Assembly: GCF_004010195.1 (NCBI RefSeq)
Contig: NC_057746.1
Location: 1,171,882 to 1,226,485 of the forward strand
Length of the DNA: 54,604 nt
Source of the DNA: Chiloscyllium plagiosum
Lineage: Eukaryota
Direction of reading: 5' to 3'
The notes under the pieces were generated by a model, which had not been told where the DNA came from, ran no database searches, and worked only from the letters and a program-made list of their open reading frames with translations. Position 1 is the first letter of the stretch; each line of letters opens with the position of its first letter. Positions 48,999 through 54,604 of this stretch are shown here, in pieces. Position numbers and translations under genes: made by a program.

Positions 48999-49706
48999 AT
49001 TGCTTAATTCTGTCTGTTGCATGCTGCTCCTGATGTTTGACAGTCCTTTGTTCGAGCCTCTGCTACAGTTAATGGTGTCCAGAACTTCACGTTTGCTCAG
49101 TTTTACGTTTTTGAAACTATTATTGATTGATTCCATGTAGCCTGGTTGTTGTGCCTCACAACACGATAAATGATATGTTCAGTGCAAAATTAGGATTCAT
49201 TTTTACAAGAACTGTACTTTGCTTACTCTGACCAATGCTGTGATGGACAGATGTGGAGGAGCCGGTGTTGGACTGGGGTGGACAAAGGTAAAAGTCACGC
49301 AACACCAGGTTATAGTCCAACAGGTTTAATTGGAAGCACTAGCTTTCAGAGCGCTGCTCCTTTGTCAAGTAACCTCGTGGGACAGGATCAATTCAGCGTC
49401 CTATGATCCTACCTGACAAAGTAGCACTCCGAAAGCTTGTCCTTCCAAACAAACCTGTTGGACCATAACCTGGTGTTGTGTGATGGCCAGATGTATCAGT
49501 AACACGTGAATAACTAAGGGTATGGTGCAGTGGTACTGGTGGATTGGAGGAATGTTTAGAAAAGGGGTGCACTGATAAATGTGACCATTTCAGGACATTC
49601 AGTCAGCCTTAAGGACAGTTTTAGAGTCAGTAATCTGGAACAAAATAAACACCCACCAATGATCACTCTCTACAGACTATGCTGATGTTGTAATCTCGAG
49701 TATCCA

Positions 49707-50190
49707 AGATTTGGAGATGCCGGTGTTCTACATAAATCTGCTCAAAAACTGCATACGTTCATGTAGAACTCTGAGCTCAAAAACTGCATGAATTTATGTA
49801 AAACTCTGTTATCTCACTTTTTAGATTGGAATCAATCTAAACATCAGGTCATAGACAGAGAACACAGGGGGCTAACACCTTCAACATATTGTCTAGCTAT
49901 CATCATTGTTAACAGCTAACCCGAGAATGCAACTTTAAAAAAAGGTTTTGTGATTTACACATGAAAGAATTGAAACTATCACTGTATTCTAACAGATGAA
50001 AGGTTTAACAGGCAATCAATTTTTCAATGTATAATTTCAGTTACATCACACTGTAAATTTTTGCTATAAATTCTGTGTTACGATCGAGCCCTCCACAATC
50101 ACCTGATGAAGGAGCGTCGCTACGAAAGCTAGTGCTTCCAATTAAACCTGTTGGACTATAACCTGGTGTTGTGTGATTTTTAACCTTGAG
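49707..50190 (+). mobile_element. Penelope-like 3' tail
   Basis: Matches 7245-7452 and the reverse complement of 5310-5540; hammerhead core CTGATGA at 50103. Confidence 0.75.
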
Positions 50191-51689
50191 TTTCCAAATG
50201 CAACTTTCACAAAGACATTCTGCCTGGCAACTGATGACACATTATAGTTGTGTAATTTCAATGGTTGGAGCATGTTTCTCTCTATAAAATTAATGACACT
50301 TGGCAGATTGAGGCGCTGGGGTGGACCTGTTTGTTTGCTGCTCTGGTTGGGGATTTTCCAGTCAGGCCCTTCCCCCACCCTGTGTATTAGAACCTGAGTG
50401 AAACGACCTTTGCTTGCTGTATTTCTCAGTATATTGTAACCATACTTACATCTTAATAAACTTCTCATGTGCCATCCTGCCTATCTGATTTTGTTCTCTG
50501 CTGAACAACTTATCTTACAACTCCACTCAGTTCCTCCAGATAAAGGTGTTGCCTGGGTGCCTGCCTTTTTGTGGGATATCTGGAGTGTTTCTTGTTCTTA
50601 TGCCTCCTCTCTCCCCCCCCCCCCCTCTCTTTTCCAGTACATTGATGACTCTATCAGTGCCATTTTCTGCTCTTGCCCCAAGGTGAAAGTTTTATTGGCT
50701 TTGTCTTGAAAGGAAGATCTCTCAGTCTCCTAGTTCAAGTCTCCACCATGAGAAGAAACACTCACCTGATATCTACCCTATGCAGTGCCCTCAGGATCTC
50801 ATGTTTCAGCAAAATTACCTCTAATCTTCAATGGGTAAAGGCCCAAACTGTTAAACCTTTCTTCATTAGATAAGATCTTCATTCCAGATCTTCTCTGAAC
50901 TGCTTCTAAAGCAATAAATACATACTTTGTACAGTTTTAATCTCCAAATTAAACAGTAGTATAGATTTGATCTCACCAATGCCGCATTAAGCAGTAAATA
51001 CCGTATTTCTGTATTCCATTCCCAATGCAGTAAATCAATATCCCATTTATCTTACCCTACTGTTGCTGTACCTGTACACTAATATTTTGTGGTTCAGAAA
51101 CATATTAATAAATATTCATTAAAAACAGTGACTCCCAGTTTCCTCAACTACTTTCTCATATTCCTCTTCCTGTACAGACTAGATTCATTTCTCTGTTACA
51201 TCTGCTCTGACAGTAGTACCTGATCGAGTCTGTTTCACTAGTTAATATAAATGTGGCTGAACTTTGACCTCAACTTCACAATCTTTGTGTGGTCTTGTGG
51301 AAAGTAAATTGGATAGGCCTGAATGTATCTAAGAGAAAGTGAGCACTGCAGATGCTGGACATCAGAGTCGAAGAGTGTGGTGCTGGAAAAGCACAGCCAG
51401 TTAGACAGTGTCCGAGAAGCTGTAAAATCGACTGGTCGACTTTCCTGCTCCTCAGATGCTGCCTGACCAGCTGTGCTTTTCCAGCACTACACTCTTCGAC
51501 TCTGAATTTATCTAGAAGCCTCTGCTTTGTGTCGTCAGCCACTAGGTTTATAAAGAGATGACGATCAATAATTTTTGCAGCAATTATTCTCCCTTTATCA
51601 CAGTTTGAAGGATATTAATGATGACACAGCCTCCAGTTTATTCCAATCCAGTATTACTGGTGGATGAGTTTCCATCCATTAACCAATGG

Positions 51690-52515
51690 AGGTTACTGTT
51701 TCTGAATTGTTATACGTGACAGGCTGTTAGTAACTGATACCCGCAGGCATTGTATATTTGGCGACCAAGCAGACGCTATGTCAATGGACACTGCGCAACA
51801 ATCGCCCAACAGGAATGTTCCCTGCCAGTGGGGGATACTTCAGTGGTTAGGGACATTCAGCCTCTGACCTTCGGGTAAAAGTCCTCCAAGGCGGCCTTTG
51901 AGGTACACTACAACCCAGTATCACCAAGCAGAAACTGATAGCCAAGTTCCATACCCATGGAGACAGCCTCAACCATGACCTAGGGATCATGTCATATTAC
52001 ATGTGACCCCACCCCACCTCACTGTTCTGTGTCTGTAAAATCGTCCTTACTGTATTGACACCATCACCTTAATAAATTGTTATGATTTCTCTACCTTACA
52101 TAACACACACTGTCCTCCTCCACATCTCCCTCTAGAATATCTGGTAATTCTGAATACGATTGTGGGGATGATTTGTTTAGTTTGTGCAGTTTTGGATTAC
52201 TTATTACTTTGGTCAGACCCTCAGCATGTGACTCTGATACTACCATGTTATTCCAGGGATTTGGTTTGTCTCCAGAACCACCTTGGTTTTATTCGTTTTG
52301 TAATTATCCCACTGCCTCTTTAATCGGATTATAGGTCATTCCTTCACTTGTTATTCAGCAATTGACACGTTACTCTCACCATCTAACATTTTTGATCACC
52401 TGCAAAGACTTCACCTGACAAAGTGGCAATGCTCCGAAAGCTTGTGATTTCAAATAAACCAGTTGGACTATGACTTGGTGTCTTGTGAATTCTGATTTTG
52501 TCCACCCCAGCCCAA
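51690..52515 (+). mobile_element. Degenerate Penelope-like GIY-YIG region and tail
   Basis: ALYIWRPSRR/ETKQ-like remnant and KQKLIAKFHTHGDSLNHDLG; homologous to 6540-6860. Confidence 0.7.
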
Positions 52516-52699
52516 CACTGGCACCTCCACATCATGACAGTGAACATGTTATTCTATCACAAACAGACAAGAAATAGCACTTCTTTAGTTGGGCGTGAAT
52601 GTAATGTTGTTTGGAAGATTCTCCTGTGTTGGACCAAATTTCCTGTTTTATCTCATTTTCACTTCCTCGTTCCAAAGAAAGAGGATTAGAAATCACAAC

Positions 52700-52723
52700 T
52701 GTGTGTGTGTGTGTGTGTGTGTG
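52700..52723. repeat. (TG)n microsatellite
   Basis: About 12 TG units. Confidence 0.9.
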
Positions 52724-53539
52724 TAGGTAGAGGAAGGTTTTACACCTGCACTAAATATGCTTTTGCAGTTATTGTCTATTGTCAGAGTTGTGTCAAGTTG
52801 TTGGATGCTGCATATTGTCATTGATTTACATTGAATGTTGCCTAATTGCCCCTTCCCTTCACATTCTGGTCCAGTGGGGATTTCCTTATCTGCTTTCCCC
52901 TGCCTTCCCAACCCACCATTGACACAGCATACTCTGCTCCCCTCCACATCTCTCTCCAGAATATTTGGTTTCTTCTGAATAAGATTGTAGAAGATATTGA
53001 GGAGGATTTAATTGATATCATGGCTTTGGGGAAAATGTGGCTTATACATAGCAAAAGTTTTCTCTTAATAAAACCTCTCCATCTGCCCAGAGGTTCCACC
53101 ACCTGCTGTGCCCAGGCCACCACAGTGGCAGTGTGTCCCTTATCACCTAACCATCTTTATCTTTTCTCAGTTCCTCTGGTATACCTTCTCCTTCTTTGAG
53201 TTCCTCAATATATTCCACCACCCCTTCCCCCCCCAGCTCTGTTATAAAGTCAGTGCTGTTGGCTGCACCACCTCCAAACTCCATCTTGAGTTTGTTTCTC
53301 TGAAGTTTCCTCAATGCAATCCACTTTCAGTATCTGCACTGATACTTTATCCAGAGTGTTTCAAACCACTCTCAACTCGGTCGGTCCTCTCTCTTCTGAT
53401 GTCCACCACTCCTGAAGTTGCCTTTCCCATGAATCCTGCAGATGAGACAATCTGTAACTACATCCTTATGAGCCTAGGTTTTAAAGGAGGTGGTTGCAGA
53501 GATAGTGGAAGCACTGGGTTAAAGTATTCCAGAATTGGC

Positions 53540-54604
53540 TGGATGGAAATACCACTCATGTGATGTCCCTGTTCAAGAAATGGGGGAGATAGAAAGCAGG
53601 AAACGACTTCCGCCACCCCTATTGCCGTGTCTGCCACCACTTCTGCCCCCACCAGCGCCACTCACCTGCATTCTGCTGACACACCCCCCCACAGACCGCA
53701 CTGTCACTATCCCTACCCCCCCAGAACCCCGAGGGGAACACTACCCCTGCTCATGCCTCCACCCCCATTCCCTCCACCATCACACCCACTCCAGGTGCTG
53801 GCTCCGACCCCACTCCCAGCTCCACACCCACACCAGATCCCAGCTCCCAGCCCTGCCGAGTTTTCACCATCCCTCTCCAGACCTCCCACTCACTGAGGAC
53901 GAACGATCAGTCCTCAGCAAAGGACTCACCTTCGTCCCCCTCCGTCCACGCATCAATGAATTCAATACACGCTGTGACGTCGAACAATTCTTCCATTGCC
54001 TCCACCTCCGAGCTTACTTTCACAATCAGGACTCCCGCCCACCTTCCGAGGACCCCTTTGTCCACCTCCAACACACTGCATCCACCTGGACACCCCGCGC
54101 TGGCCTATTACCTGCCCTCGACCTCTTCATTTCCAACTGCCGCCGGGACATTAACCGCCTCAACCTGTCTACCGCCCTCCCCCACTCCAACCTCTCACCC
54201 TCACAATGCGCAGCCCTCCAATCCCTCTACTCCAATCCCAACCTCACCGTTAAACCAGCGGATAAAGGGGGCGCAGTGGTAGTCTGGCGCACTGACCTCT
54301 ATACAGCTGAAGCCAAACGCCAACTCAAGGACACCTCTTCCTACTGCCCCCTCGACCATGACCCCACCCCCCATCACCAAATGTCATCTCCCAGACCATA
54401 CAGAACCTCATCACCTCAGGAGATCTCCCACCCAGAGCTTCCAACCTCATAGTCCGGGAACCCCGCACTGCCCGGTTCTACCCCCTTCCCAAGATCCACA
54501 AGCCTGACCACCCTGGCCGACCCATTGTCTCAGCATGCTCCTGCCCAACTGAACTCATTTCTACCTACCTCGACACTGTCCTATCCCACCTAGTCCAGGA
54601 ACTC
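53540..54604 (+). mobile_element. Penelope-like element N-terminal and RT region, running off the window edge
   Basis: LTEDERSVLSKGLTFVP, VKPADKGGAVVVW, then after a frameshift RFYPLPKIHKPDHPGRPIVSACSCPTE. Confidence 0.9.

Overview
Repeat-dense vertebrate DNA, inferred to be shark from HE1-type SINEs, HER1/CR1 LINEs, abundant Penelope-like elements and a shark-type MHC class II alpha sequence. The only clear host gene is an MHC class II alpha chain on the minus strand: leader exon 1 at 23418-23484 (MEAGCYITILMLVLLQGTLAVK, absent from the ORF track) and alpha-1 exon 2 at 9032-9280, joined by a 14.1 kb phase-1 intron. The downstream exons are not visible and may be lost at a 500-N gap (8478-8977). 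The main finding is five MHC-II-type X-Y or S-X-Y modules over about 19 kb: the proximal promoter (23.6 kb, minus), a same-strand module (25.3 kb, minus) and three inverted modules (30.6, 38.7, 42.4 kb, plus). Four have the canonical 19-20 bp X-Y spacer and one has 10 bp. Two are followed by perfect GGGACTTTCC NF-kB sites and one lies next to a CTCF-like motif. This looks like a cartilaginous-fish counterpart of the mammalian RFX/NF-Y/CIITA distal enhancer or locus control architecture. The window also holds a CpG-island promoter with two ZNF143-type motifs (4.2-4.6 kb), many Penelope-derived hammerhead ribozyme motifs often in fold-back arrangement, an inverted duplication bracketing exon 1, and relics of Tx1, Rex1/Babar, CR1, Gypsy and Harbinger elements. 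All calls were made by eye, and repeat boundaries are approximate.
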